Shown: positions 10,339 to 20,115 of the stretch, one piece after another | Position numbering within the stretch: position 1 is the first letter of the stretch | How the letters are laid out: every line of letters starts with the position of its first letter | Assembly (NCBI GenBank): GCA_045649105.1 | Contig: JAZRPG010000045.1 | Location: forward strand, 4,530 to 68,529 | From: Eubacteriales bacterium | Lineage (GTDB): Bacteria; Bacillota; Clostridia; Oscillospirales; JAAYXM01 | Direction: 5' to 3' | Length of the DNA: 64,000 nucleotides | The notes under the pieces: generated by a model | Databases searched by the model: none | What the model was told of the DNA's origin: nothing | What the model saw: the letters and a program-made list of their open reading frames with translations, nothing else | Program-made: the position numbers and the translations under genes

Positions 10339-11091
10339 CTACCTTTCACTCATTTTATACATCAATATGCCCGCGGCTATCGCCGCATTCAGAGACTCTG
10401 CCCCGCCGCGCATTGGGATAATCACGCTTCCGTCACAAAGCTCCTGCACCTCGCGCCGGACGCCGTTCCCCTCATTTCCTATGACAACAGCGGAAAATGG
10501 GAGCTCTTTATTATCAAGGATTTTCGCATCTTCACACAGCGTCGCCGCGTATACGCACACGCCCATATCCCGAAGCTCACAAATTGCGCTTTCCATTTCG
10601 CGCGATATAACGGGTACCCGAAAGAGAGAGCCCATTGCAGATCGGATTGTCTTAGGGTTATATATATCGGCGCATCCGTCCTCAATTATCATTTCTATTC
10701 CGAACGCATCTGCCGTGCGGATAATAGTCCCGACATTGCCCGTATCCTGAAGCCTGTCTAAAAGTACCGCGCGGCGCGCCGGCTTTTCTGGCGCCTGCGG
10801 CATTCTGCATGTGAACACCACGCTCTGTGATGTGGAAAGCGTTGTCACGCTGTCAAGCACATCACGCGGCACCATGTATATATCCGCGCGCGGGATTTCG
10901 GGAAGCTTCCCGGACTTTTCGTCATCGCAGAGGACTGTGAGTATTTCTGCCCCTGCGCCGATTGCCTCAACAAGAAGCTTTTCTCCGTCACATACAAACT
11001 CGCGGTTTAAGAGCCTGTAGCCACGGTCGCGCCCGAGCTTCCGCACATGCTTTATGATATCATTTTTACGGCTTGTTATTTTCTCTCTCAT
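10339..11091 (-). CDS. TrmH/SpoU family RNA 2'-O-methyltransferase
   Basis: 250 aa with SPOUT knot motifs VVIGNEGNGV and IPMRGGAESLNAAIAAGI. Confidence 0.85.
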   Translation of the reverse strand: MREKITSRKNDIIKHVRKLGRDRGYRLLNREFVCDGEKLLVEAIGAGAEILTVLCDDEKSGKLPEIPRADIYMVPRDVLDSVTTLSTSQSVVFTCRMPQAPEKPARRAVLLDRLQDTGNVGTIIRTADAFGIEMIIEDGCADIYNPKTIRSAMGSLFRVPVISREMESAICELRDMGVCVYAATLCEDAKILDNKELPFSAVVIGNEGNGVRREVQELCDGSVIIPMRGGAESLNAAIAAGILMYKMSER

Positions 11092-11114
11092 ATCATTCTC
11101 TGCTTTTTGTCATC

Positions 11115-11810
11115 TTAATTTTGACCGAGCATACCGCGAAGCGCAAGACCTGCGTTTTCGTACTTCTGCGCTATACGCTTTTTCTCGCTTCTCGACGGGG
11201 TAATCACCTTTATTGCGGCGTATATACCGCTTTCATTTCTGATGCCGAGTTTTTTTATTATTTCCGTATTGTCAACACGCACAAAGCACTCGTTCTCACT
11301 CTCTATACCGAAGGTGGAAAGCGGCTCAAACGCACCCTGCGCGTTGTACCAGTCCGTATATTTTTTATCGAGCAGAAAAAGAAGTATCTCGTCGTCTGCA
11401 AAGCTCACCGTTATTTTATTTATATTCGTTGCGGCAAACTCATCAAGCGCAAGCGCGGTGTCCCCCGTGCCGATGGAACTGCTCGTACAGAGCATCTGCC
11501 GTCCGACTTTTGCCGTCCCATCCTCTTTTATGAATCCGCCCATATAGTCGGAAAGCTCTTTCATCTGCTCACTTTCGGCAAACACAGAGCCGCCGAGGAT
11601 AAAATCAAGGTCATTATATTCGCGCGAGACAATATCCCCTGCAAGCGCAAACACAAAAACTATGAGCAGAATTGCCCCAAGTGTGTGAAACTTAAAGTGA
11701 TACCAGTATACTTCCTTAAACCAGTAGCGGAACTTTTCAAAAAAAGTTGCGCCGTCCATGTACCCGGGTTTAAAAACCTCGAACAGCTCGTATGAATCAC
11801 GGCTTTTCAA
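11115..11810 (-). CDS. Hypothetical single-pass membrane protein
   Basis: 231 aa with one hydrophobic helix (LGAILLIVFVFALAG). Its strand and spacing match its neighbours. No family was recognised. Confidence 0.55.
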   Translation of the reverse strand: MKSRDSYELFEVFKPGYMDGATFFEKFRYWFKEVYWYHFKFHTLGAILLIVFVFALAGDIVSREYNDLDFILGGSVFAESEQMKELSDYMGGFIKEDGTAKVGRQMLCTSSSIGTGDTALALDEFAATNINKITVSFADDEILLFLLDKKYTDWYNAQGAFEPLSTFGIESENECFVRVDNTEIIKKLGIRNESGIYAAIKVITPSRSEKKRIAQKYENAGLALRGMLGQN

Positions 11811-11848
11811 AATATTTCAGCTTCCTTTCGCCCTTGTATCGCGCTTTT

Positions 11849-13342
11849 TCAGTCAATCGGCTTCATTGTGGGGAAGAGTATAACATCTCTTATTGAGAAG
11901 CTGTCGGTCAGAAGCATGACAAGTCTGTCTATGCCTATTCCGAGTCCGCCTGTTGGCGGCATACCGTACTCAAGCGCATTTATAAAGTCCTCATCAACCT
12001 CAGCATTTATTCCGAGCGCGCGCTTTGCCTCGACCTGAGCCGTAAATCTTGCACGCTGGTCTATCGGGTCGTTAAGCTCTGAGAAGGCATTGCCCATCTC
12101 TCTTGCGTATATAAAGAACTCAAAGCGCTCTGTAAACAGCGGCGCATCTGCCTTTCTCTTTGCAAGCGGAGAAATTTCAACAGGGTAGTCATATATTATT
12201 GTAGGCTGAATGAGCTTGTCCTCAACCTTTTCTTCAAAGAAAGCAACGAGTACCTCGCCCCGTGTCGCATTCTTCTCGACATGCACGCCCTCGCTCTCTG
12301 CAACGGCGCGGGCAGCAGCGTCATCTGCCCAATCGTCGTACGAAACACCTGCAAACTTTTTGACGGACTGTGCCATTGTAAGGCGCTCCCAATCAGAGCA
12401 CATATCAATTTCAACGCCCTGGTATGTTATCTTCTCCGCACCGCAGATTTTCCTCGTGAGGTGCTTGTACAAATCCTCGACAAGGTCCATCATTCCGTAA
12501 TAGTCAGTATATGCCTGGTATACCTCCATGGAGGTAAACTCAGGATTGTGCTTTACGCTCATTCCCTCGTTGCGGAAAATACGGCCCATCTCATAAACGC
12601 GCTCAAGACCGCCTACAATAAGGCGCTTTAAATAAAGCTCCGTCTCGATACGCAGATACATCGGAATATCCAGCGTGTTGTGGTGCGTTACAAACGGGCG
12701 CGCGGCAGCGCCGATTTCAAGCGTATGAAGGACAGGCGTATCAACCTCAAGGAATCCGCGCGCGTCCATATAGTTTCTTATTTCGGAGAAAATGCGCGAA
12801 CGCATAAGGAAAGTGTCCTTAACCTCCGGATTCATAATAAGGTCAACATACCTCTGACGGTAGCGGAGGTCCTGGTCCTTAAGACCATGGAACTTCTCCG
12901 GCAGCGGCTTTAAGGATTTCGAGAGCAGGGAAACACTTGTGCAATGCACGGATATTTCGCCGCGGCGTGTTCTGAACACCGTTCCCTTCGCACCTATTAT
13001 GTCGCCTATGTCATATTTCTTGAATTTTGCAAAATCTTCTTCGCCTATATCATTTATACGGACATAGAGCTGGATTTTCCCCTTTGAGTCCTGAAGGTCG
13101 CAAAAAAATGCCTTGCCCATATCGCGGCGGCTCATCATACGCCCGGCAAGACTGACCTCGCTTCCCTCCAGGCTGTCGAAATTTTCGACAATCTCGGCGG
13201 AGTGGTGTGTCTGATCGTATTTTACAGTATTGTACGGATTTTCACCGTTCTCGATAAGATGTGCAAGCTTTGCACGGCGAATTTTTAATATTTCGCTTAA
13301 ATCCTCAGTCTGTTCGTTTGTCATTATTTCTTCGGGTGCCAT
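11849..13342 (-). CDS. lysS: Lysine--tRNA ligase (class II)
   Basis: 497 aa with an OB-fold N-domain and FRNEG and GGLGIGIDRLVM motifs. Confidence 0.95.
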   Translation of the reverse strand: MAPEEIMTNEQTEDLSEILKIRRAKLAHLIENGENPYNTVKYDQTHHSAEIVENFDSLEGSEVSLAGRMMSRRDMGKAFFCDLQDSKGKIQLYVRINDIGEEDFAKFKKYDIGDIIGAKGTVFRTRRGEISVHCTSVSLLSKSLKPLPEKFHGLKDQDLRYRQRYVDLIMNPEVKDTFLMRSRIFSEIRNYMDARGFLEVDTPVLHTLEIGAAARPFVTHHNTLDIPMYLRIETELYLKRLIVGGLERVYEMGRIFRNEGMSVKHNPEFTSMEVYQAYTDYYGMMDLVEDLYKHLTRKICGAEKITYQGVEIDMCSDWERLTMAQSVKKFAGVSYDDWADDAAARAVAESEGVHVEKNATRGEVLVAFFEEKVEDKLIQPTIIYDYPVEISPLAKRKADAPLFTERFEFFIYAREMGNAFSELNDPIDQRARFTAQVEAKRALGINAEVDEDFINALEYGMPPTGGLGIGIDRLVMLLTDSFSIRDVILFPTMKPID

Positions 13343-13401
13343 GCAGATATTCCTCCATTTTACGCCCTGAGGGCAAATCGTTTCTTAAGTTTTTGCGTCC
13401 C

Positions 13402-13878
13402 TTACGCGTTTCCGATTTCGAGTATTTTATACTCGAGCTTTCCGGCAGGGGCTTCTACGCTGACGATATCGCCTATGCGGCTTCCGAGAAGAGCCGTGCC
13501 GAACGGCGACTCGTCTGATATGCGTCCCTTATATGGGTCAGCCTCCTGAGAGCCTACGAGTACATATTCCTCGCGGCTTTCATCGGACATGTCCATAACA
13601 GTGACCTTACAGCCTGTCGTCACCTCATCAGTCTTTATGCTTGACGCGTCAATTATCTCATAATTGGCAAGGATATTCTCCACCTCTGCCATGCGTGAGA
13701 ACATTTTGCCCTGCTCGTTCTTCGCCTCGTCGTATTCACTGTTCTCCGACAGGTCACCGAATGAGCGCGCCTCTTTTATAAGCTCGGCTATCTCCTTTTC
13801 ACGGACGGTCTTCATCCAATGCAACTCGTCACGCAGCTCCTGGAGACGCTCTTTTGTCAGTTTGTATGCTTTTGCCAT
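13402..13878 (-). CDS. greA: Transcription elongation factor GreA
   Basis: It has the GreA coiled-coil N-domain (ARSFGDLSENSEYDEAK) and the C-terminal globular domain. The start was set to ATG 13878 (MAKAYKL), with RBS AAGGTG 6 nt upstream. The track start at 13887 is a GTG inside that RBS. Confidence 0.93.
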   Translation of the reverse strand: MAKAYKLTKERLQELRDELHWMKTVREKEIAELIKEARSFGDLSENSEYDEAKNEQGKMFSRMAEVENILANYEIIDASSIKTDEVTTGCKVTVMDMSDESREEYVLVGSQEADPYKGRISDESPFGTALLGSRIGDIVSVEAPAGKLEYKILEIGNA

Positions 13879-13965
13879 TTTCTGCACCTTCTTTTTTCGT
13901 GATAAAAAATGTTATTTTGCACTTTCCTACTATATAAATAGAAAATACTTATTTATATTCTACAT

Positions 13966-13994
13966 ATTATAGAGATGTATTCCAAAATTGTCAA
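13966..13994 (-). promoter_or_regulatory. Consensus sigma-A promoter for greA-lysS (TTGACA-17-TATAAT)
   Basis: -35 TTGACA is at 13989-13994 (rc) and -10 TATAAT at 13966-13971 (rc), with an exact 17-nt spacer. Confidence 0.65.
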
Positions 13995-14012
13995 GTAAAA
14001 AGTTTATTTATT

Positions 14013-14735
14013 TTACTTTTCCGCGCATCTGAGGACTGTTTTTATCTCATCTGCGCACAAAAAACCGCATGTTATAAGTGCCGCCGCGGATGATGCGGCA
14101 CAATTTTGCGGAATAATGCTCCCAAACTCCGCAGGCAGCAGCACCTCAAAATCCGAAAGTGTTGCGCACCTCTTGCCGCTCCTTAAAACTGCGCCTTCTT
14201 CCTCGGAAAAGGCAACCGAAACATCATTCTCCTGCACAGGAGCCGTGTTTTCAAGCAAGCGCGCCACAGCACCTGTCCTCGCGAGCAGGGCATCTGCTAT
14301 ATCGGCACCGCTTATGCAATCAAAGACAATATGCCTGCTTACCCTGCTGAGACGCACCGCCGCGTTAAGCATTGTTTCAAAGCCTCCGCGCCTGAGAATA
14401 AACCGCGTTTTTTCAGCACTGTATCCCGCGTCCTCAGTAAATAACAGCGCCATTTCTGCAAGCTTTTCACTTTCAAGTCTCCGCACCGTGGCAAGCTCAA
14501 CTCCGTACGCACGCAGCATATCGGTATATAAAAATCCATCCTCCGCCGCACACATCGCAACGCCCATATGCCGTATAGCCTCTGCGGCGCGGCGCACGCG
14601 CCTTTTTACAGCTCTTCCTCTGCCATGTGTTATTGAAAGATTGAACACAGCTACGGCGCCTGCAGCTCCGCCTGAGCTTATTTTAAACCCATGATACTGC
14701 CGCGTATCCGTGCCTGTTATAATACACATCCGCAC
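14013..14735 (-). CDS. Hypothetical protein, Ala/Arg-rich, no recognisable domain
   Basis: 240 aa. It has a GTG start with a GGTGA RBS and the same strand as its neighbours. No motif was recognised. Confidence 0.5.
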   Translation of the reverse strand: MRMCIITGTDTRQYHGFKISSGGAAGAVAVFNLSITHGRGRAVKRRVRRAAEAIRHMGVAMCAAEDGFLYTDMLRAYGVELATVRRLESEKLAEMALLFTEDAGYSAEKTRFILRRGGFETMLNAAVRLSRVSRHIVFDCISGADIADALLARTGAVARLLENTAPVQENDVSVAFSEEEGAVLRSGKRCATLSDFEVLLPAEFGSIIPQNCAASSAAALITCGFLCADEIKTVLRCAEK

Positions 14736-14805
14736 TTATATCACCGCCCGAGTAAACTACCGATACATGTTTACGAAAAAGGCGCGTGATATATTACAAG
14801 AATTT

Positions 14806-14838
14806 CGGACGGAACACCGCCACGCGGTCTTCCGTCCG
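14806..14838 (-). terminator. Hairpin downstream of the ctp gene (CGGACGGAA / TTCCGTCCG)
   Basis: A 9-bp GC-rich stem with a 15-nt loop. The trailing U-tract on the minus strand is weak (AAAUUCUU). Confidence 0.35.
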
Positions 14839-14860
14839 ATAAAAGCTTGTTTTAAAAAAA

Positions 14861-16078
14861 TTATATTTTTTCTTTAACCGCCGAAATCGCGGCCTGAAGC
14901 TGCCTGTCGGTGTCCTCTGTGAGGCGGTAGAAATTCTTTGTCTCCTCCTCAGTAAGAATAACTTCCCTATCCGGCTTTACTCCGCCGCTTTCCTCAAGGC
15001 TTACGCCTCTTGCCGTGAAATACTTGCTGACTGACAGGACAAGCCCTGACCCGTCCTGAAGTTTTATTGTGCTCTGGGCGCTTCCCTTGCCTGTTGTTGC
15101 CTCACCGACTACCGTCGCCTTGCCCGTCTCCTGCAGCGATGCCGCAAAAAACTCAGCCGCGCTTACTGAATACCGGTTTGTTATTACAGCCATGGGGAGG
15201 TTTAACTCATTCGCGTCTGATTTATAGCTGTGGACATCACCGAACTTATCCTGCTCGCTTATTATTACGCCCTCGGGCACAATCGGGTCAAGCACATTGA
15301 CGAGCACATTGAGAAGCCCGCCCGGGTTGTTTCGGACATCAAAGACTATACCCGAAACATTTGCCTTCTTAAGATTTTCGAGCGCCTCTGCCATGTCCTT
15401 GTCGACATTTGCATCAAAGTTGGAAATCCTTATATAACCTATATTCCCGTCAAGGATTTTTGAGTTTACGGCCTGTATGTCTATTTCCTTTCGCGTAATG
15501 CTCAAATCAAACGGGTCAGGCGTTCCGCTTCTGACAAGCGTCAGCCTTACCGACGTCCCCGAAGCACCTGCTATCTTCTTCACCGCGGCATCGTATCCTA
15601 TATCCGACACCGCCTCGCCGTCAACCTTTGTTATGATATCAAACGGCTTTATCCCTGCCGCCTCTGCCGGCGCATCTTCGTACACATCAAGAACAAGCAC
15701 CGCGTTGCTTTCCTCGTCAAATGCGGCATTTATGCCTATACCGACAAGCTTATTATTTGTCGAGTTCGCAAGCTCGGCAAACTGGTCAGCCGTCAGATAG
15801 TGTGACCATTTGTCGCCGAGAAATGCGACCATGCCGTATAGCGCGCCGTCGATTAAATCCTGGTCATTATAATCATTTACATAGTACTTATCAATATAGC
15901 TGCGCACCTCGGCAATTTTTGAATACTCCTGTTCACGGCGGCCGAGGCCTATCAGCTTATCATTATACTGCCGCTCGGAAACATAAAATGTTATGCAATA
16001 TGTGACAGCCGCAGTGAGCAGCATAAGCGCTATGGTCGTCGCTATATGTTTTTTCTTCATAAATTTCTCCTTTTTCAA
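14861..16078 (-). CDS. S41 family carboxy-terminal processing peptidase (CtpA/CtpB-like)
   Basis: 405 aa with an N-terminal membrane anchor, a PDZ region (GIKPFDIITKVDGE), the Ser motif SVSAAEFFAASL and the Lys motif TTGKGS. Confidence 0.9.
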   Translation of the reverse strand: MKKEKFMKKKHIATTIALMLLTAAVTYCITFYVSERQYNDKLIGLGRREQEYSKIAEVRSYIDKYYVNDYNDQDLIDGALYGMVAFLGDKWSHYLTADQFAELANSTNNKLVGIGINAAFDEESNAVLVLDVYEDAPAEAAGIKPFDIITKVDGEAVSDIGYDAAVKKIAGASGTSVRLTLVRSGTPDPFDLSITRKEIDIQAVNSKILDGNIGYIRISNFDANVDKDMAEALENLKKANVSGIVFDVRNNPGGLLNVLVNVLDPIVPEGVIISEQDKFGDVHSYKSDANELNLPMAVITNRYSVSAAEFFAASLQETGKATVVGEATTGKGSAQSTIKLQDGSGLVLSVSKYFTARGVSLEESGGVKPDREVILTEEETKNFYRLTEDTDRQLQAAISAVKEKI

Positions 16079-16084
16079 GGCGCA

Positions 16085-17263
16085 TTATTTGAAATACTGC
16101 ATCGGGTTTGTGTGGTTCCCGTTTATAAGCACCTCAAAGTGCAGGTGCGGACCCGTCGAATAGCCCGTGGAGCCGATAAGACCGACTACCTGCCCCCTTG
16201 TTACCTTTGCGCCCTTTGAGACCTTAATTTTGCTCATATGCGCATAAAGCGTGGATGTCCCGCCGCCATGGTCAATAACAACATAGTTTCCGTAGCCCTT
16301 GCTTGACCAGCCGGCAACTATGACTGTTCCGCTGTTTGCCGCAAATATATTCGTGCCCTGTTTTGCACCGATGTCTATACCCGTATGCATACGCGTCTTC
16401 TTTGTTATCGGATCACGTCTTGTACCGTATGGCGAGGTTATATATGTCGCAACTGATGGCCAGTACATGGCACCGCCGACATATTTTGTCTGCGAACCGG
16501 ACTTGGAAAGAAGCTTCTTAAGCTCATTCCTTGCCTGCTCCTGAGCGCGCTCCGCCTCCTGATATGCCTTCTCATATTCCGACGCCTCAGAGTTTAATTC
16601 CTTTAAAAGACTGTTCGCCTGATTATACTGGCTCGTGAGCGAGCTTTTTTTGTTCACCAGCTCTTTTTTTGCCGATGCCTGCTGCTCTCGGGCGCTGTCA
16701 AGCTCCGCTTTTTTCTTTTCAATATTTTCGCGAAGACCCGAAAGCTCCTTCATAAGCTTTTTGTCGCCCTCAACTATGCTTCCTATAACCTCGGTTCTTG
16801 TGAGCATGTCCGAGAAGCTGTCCGCAGAAAGGATAATGCCGAGCATCGATGCCGAGCCTTCTTCTTCCATTATGCGAACGCGCTTTAAAAACTGCTCATA
16901 TTCTGTCTTTTCCTTCTCCTGCGCTGCCGAAAGCTCCTCGCTGCATGTCTTTATCTTGACATCAAGCGCGCCTATGAGCTCATTTATTGTATCAACTTCC
17001 TGCTGCGTAATATCGATTTGTTTGTCGATTGCATTTTTTTTAGTCATTGTAGACTTCTTTTTTGCGTTTATCGCATTCAGTTCCTTCTGAATCTTCTTCT
17101 TCTGCGAATCATGACTTGACAGCTTGCTGTTAAGCCCTGAAACCGTCTCGGCAGCATCGGCTCTCGCAAAAACGAATATCTCCGCCACAAGGGCGAAAAC
17201 CAGCAAAAACGCAAGTACTCCCGCTATTACGGATGCTATTATACGAGTGCTCTTTCTTCCCAT
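16085..17263 (-). CDS. M23 family metallopeptidase with long coiled-coil N-domain (EnvC-like)
   Basis: 392 aa with HTGIDIGA, GYGNYVVIDHGGG and GSTGYSTGPHLHFEV motifs, preceded by about 230 aa of Lys/Glu/Gln-rich coiled coil. Confidence 0.9.
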   Translation of the reverse strand: MGRKSTRIIASVIAGVLAFLLVFALVAEIFVFARADAAETVSGLNSKLSSHDSQKKKIQKELNAINAKKKSTMTKKNAIDKQIDITQQEVDTINELIGALDVKIKTCSEELSAAQEKEKTEYEQFLKRVRIMEEEGSASMLGIILSADSFSDMLTRTEVIGSIVEGDKKLMKELSGLRENIEKKKAELDSAREQQASAKKELVNKKSSLTSQYNQANSLLKELNSEASEYEKAYQEAERAQEQARNELKKLLSKSGSQTKYVGGAMYWPSVATYITSPYGTRRDPITKKTRMHTGIDIGAKQGTNIFAANSGTVIVAGWSSKGYGNYVVIDHGGGTSTLYAHMSKIKVSKGAKVTRGQVVGLIGSTGYSTGPHLHFEVLINGNHTNPMQYFK

Positions 17264-17289
17264 ATTACGGAAACCTCCTTACAGCGATA

Positions 17290-18177
17290 CTATACCTTTA
17301 AGAACTTTCTGAGCGTGATTGCGCTTCCAAGTCCTCCGACTATAACGCCGACTCCGAAAAATGCCGCCATAAGCGCGAATACAATGTCGGAAAACGCAAC
17401 TGTCGGAATAAAGCTTATGCTTGCAAAGGCGCGCGAAACAACATATTCATACACGCCCCACTGCAGAAGAAGAGCAAGCGCGGCGCCCGCAATCCCGAGG
17501 AGGAGACCCTCAATTACAAACGGAATACGCACGAAGCTGTTTGTCGCGCCTATCATCTTCATTATTGCTATTTCCTCACGGCGGTTAAACATCGTGAGAT
17601 TTACCGTGTTTGAAATAATAAATATCGACACGAGCACGAGAATGAGTATAAGCACAACACATATTACGGTCACAACATCGCGCACCTGTATTATCTTGTC
17701 GGATATGTCGCTGCGCGCGCTGACTTTGGCGATGCCCTCAATTCCCTCGAGCGATTTTGCCGCCGAGGCCGTATCGTGAATGTCATGAAGCGTTACATTA
17801 TATCGGTCACGCAACGGGTTCCTGTCGTCAAGCCCGTCCAGGAGCGCGCTCTCCTCGCCGAACTCGTTACGGAAATTCTCAAGCGCTTCCGCCTTTGATG
17901 TGTATTTTACCGATGCAATAGTCGGTATTTCAAGGATTTTATCCTCTATCGCGCGTGCGGCCTCCTCTGTGAGCGTTTCGTCCACATATGCGACAACCTC
18001 ATTCTTCTTCTCTATATCGCTGAGAAGGTGCTCAACATTTGTGACCACAAGCGTGAAGCTTCCCATAAGAAGAAGGCACGCCGTGATAACACTCATTGCG
18101 GCCATGCTCATAAGCCTGTGTGCGAATATGCTCCGTACGCCCTCGCGCAGGAAATATGTATAATTATAAAGCTTCAT
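17290..18177 (-). CDS. ftsX: Cell division permease-like protein FtsX
   Basis: 295 aa with TM1, an extracellular domain and three C-terminal TMs. It overlaps ftsE by 14 nt. Confidence 0.9.
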   Translation of the reverse strand: MKLYNYTYFLREGVRSIFAHRLMSMAAMSVITACLLLMGSFTLVVTNVEHLLSDIEKKNEVVAYVDETLTEEAARAIEDKILEIPTIASVKYTSKAEALENFRNEFGEESALLDGLDDRNPLRDRYNVTLHDIHDTASAAKSLEGIEGIAKVSARSDISDKIIQVRDVVTVICVVLILILVLVSIFIISNTVNLTMFNRREEIAIMKMIGATNSFVRIPFVIEGLLLGIAGAALALLLQWGVYEYVVSRAFASISFIPTVAFSDIVFALMAAFFGVGVIVGGLGSAITLRKFLKV

Positions 18178-18853
18178 TTTGATAATACCCGCCTGTTCTG
18201 TCGCTTATAATGCGACCGTCGTCTATAGCGATAACGCGCTTTGAAAATTGATTTACAAGCTCGCGCTCATGCGTGACAACAAGCATAGTCGTTCCGAGCT
18301 CATTTATCTTCTCAAGCAGGCTCATTATCTCAAGTGACATCTTCGGGTCAAGATTGCCCGTCGGCTCATCGGCGATTATCATGCGCGGATTATTCACAAG
18401 CGCTCTTGCAACGGCAACTCTCTGCCGCTCACCGCCCGACAGCTCCTTCGGATACGATTTTTGCTTATTCTCAAGCCCCACAAGCTTCAGGACATACGGC
18501 ACACGCTTTTTTATAACGCGCGGCGGCGCGCCCACTGCGCGCATGGCAAATGCCACATTTTCATAAACTGTCTTTTTATCTATCAGGCGAAAGTCCTGAA
18601 ACACTATGCCGACGGTACGGCGAAGCTCAGGAATTTTCGACTCCTTTATCTTATTTAAGTTAAATCCGTTTATCACACCGCGTCCCGAGCTCATCTTTAC
18701 TTCGCTTGTGAGAATCTTTACTATTGTCGATTTTCCTGAAGCGGAGGAGCCGACGAGAAACACGAACTCACCATCGTCGATTTTTAAGTTTATGCCCGAC
18801 AGCGCAGGCGTTCCGTTTTCATACACCTTGCATACATCAAGGAGCCTAACCAT
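18164..18853 (-). CDS. ftsE: Cell division ATP-binding protein FtsE
   Basis: 229 aa with Walker A GSSASGKST, signature LSGGERQRVAVARAL and Walker B IIADEPTGNLD. Confidence 0.92.
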   Translation of the reverse strand: MVRLLDVCKVYENGTPALSGINLKIDDGEFVFLVGSSASGKSTIVKILTSEVKMSSGRGVINGFNLNKIKESKIPELRRTVGIVFQDFRLIDKKTVYENVAFAMRAVGAPPRVIKKRVPYVLKLVGLENKQKSYPKELSGGERQRVAVARALVNNPRMIIADEPTGNLDPKMSLEIMSLLEKINELGTTMLVVTHERELVNQFSKRVIAIDDGRIISDRTGGYYQNEAL

Positions 18854-18874
18854 TACTCACATTCCTTTCATGCA

Positions 18875-19972
18875 CTAAAATGCCGAACCCTGTATGGAAA
18901 GATAACGCCGAACCATAAGCGCTACCTTAAAAATAATCGCGTGGTCAAACTCTCGAAGGTCAAGTCCCGTTATCTTCTTTATTTTCTCAAGACGATAAAC
19001 AAGGGTATTCCTATGGACAAACAGGTTTCGCGACGTCTCAGATACATTTAAATTATTTTCAAAGAATTTCTGTATTGTATTAAGAGTCTCTGTATCAAGA
19101 GAATCAAGCGAGCCGTTTTTGAACACCTCAGACAAAAACATCTCGCACAGCGTCGTCGGAAGCTGATATATAAGCCTGCCTATGCCAAGGTTTTCATAGC
19201 TTACTATATCGCGCTCCGTATCAAACATTTTTCCTACCGTTATTGCCGACTGCGCCTCTTTATATGACACGGCAAGGTCCTTAAGCGTCGGCGCGACTGT
19301 CCCTATTCCTATGACCGTCTTTATAAACATCTCGGAATTAAGCGTATCGCGGATACTTTCCGCAATGCGTATAAAATCGGAAGCGCCCGCACCCGGAGCC
19401 GTCTCACGCACAAGAACAATCTCCGTTTCGCTGACACTGACGACAAAATCCTTCTGCTTATCAGGGAACATGCTGGAAACAACATCTACCGCGGCAGCAT
19501 CGCAGTGGTCAAGCTGTCTTATAAGAAACACCACATGCGGAACATCCATCTGCATGCGCAGCTCACCCGACTTCATATAGATATCACCGGTCAGGATATT
19601 GTCAAGTATAATATTCTTTATAAATGTCGCGCGGTCATGCTTCTCGTCGTAGTATTTCTTCGCATTGCCGACTGCGAGCGATGCCATAATACAAAGACTG
19701 CGCGCAACCTCGTCCTCGCCGCTTACAAACACGACATATTCAAAGCGCGCGCCCGGCGTTGCAACAGGCTTATATGTATCGCCGTCAAACACTATATATG
19801 AGCCTATCATCTCGCTCAGTGCATCAACTGCCTGCTCACGCACTGTGCCCCTGAGACTCTGGTCCGTACATGCGACGACCTCTCCCGAAAGGCTTATAAC
19901 GCCCACGGTCCTGTCAGTTGCCTCCTTCATCTGAAGTATTATGTTCTGAAGCATTCTCCAAGCCATTCTCAA
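18875..19972 (-). CDS. PucR/CdaR family transcriptional regulator
   Basis: 365 aa. The C-terminal PucR-type HTH reads NVSETSRNLFVHRNTLVYRLEKIKKITGLD. Confidence 0.8.
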   Translation of the reverse strand: MRMAWRMLQNIILQMKEATDRTVGVISLSGEVVACTDQSLRGTVREQAVDALSEMIGSYIVFDGDTYKPVATPGARFEYVVFVSGEDEVARSLCIMASLAVGNAKKYYDEKHDRATFIKNIILDNILTGDIYMKSGELRMQMDVPHVVFLIRQLDHCDAAAVDVVSSMFPDKQKDFVVSVSETEIVLVRETAPGAGASDFIRIAESIRDTLNSEMFIKTVIGIGTVAPTLKDLAVSYKEAQSAITVGKMFDTERDIVSYENLGIGRLIYQLPTTLCEMFLSEVFKNGSLDSLDTETLNTIQKFFENNLNVSETSRNLFVHRNTLVYRLEKIKKITGLDLREFDHAIIFKVALMVRRYLSIQGSAF

Positions 19973-20115
19973 ACCACCTTTTTTAAAGACAACGGCGCCG
20001 TCAAAAAAATGATGCTCGGCGACAAATACGTCATTTTATACTATAACACTATCTATAATAACAGATTCTCTGTCGAAAATCAATGAAAATTATGTAAAAT
20101 ATTCGCCTCCTGAGC

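Noticed and set aside
13343-13401. Possible T-box, L-box or other leader upstream of lysS. The same was considered upstream of cysE (47654-47691) and glnA (2774-2834).
   Set aside because: These intergenic gaps are 38-61 nt, far too short for T-box or riboswitch leaders. No specifier or terminator-antiterminator structure is visible.
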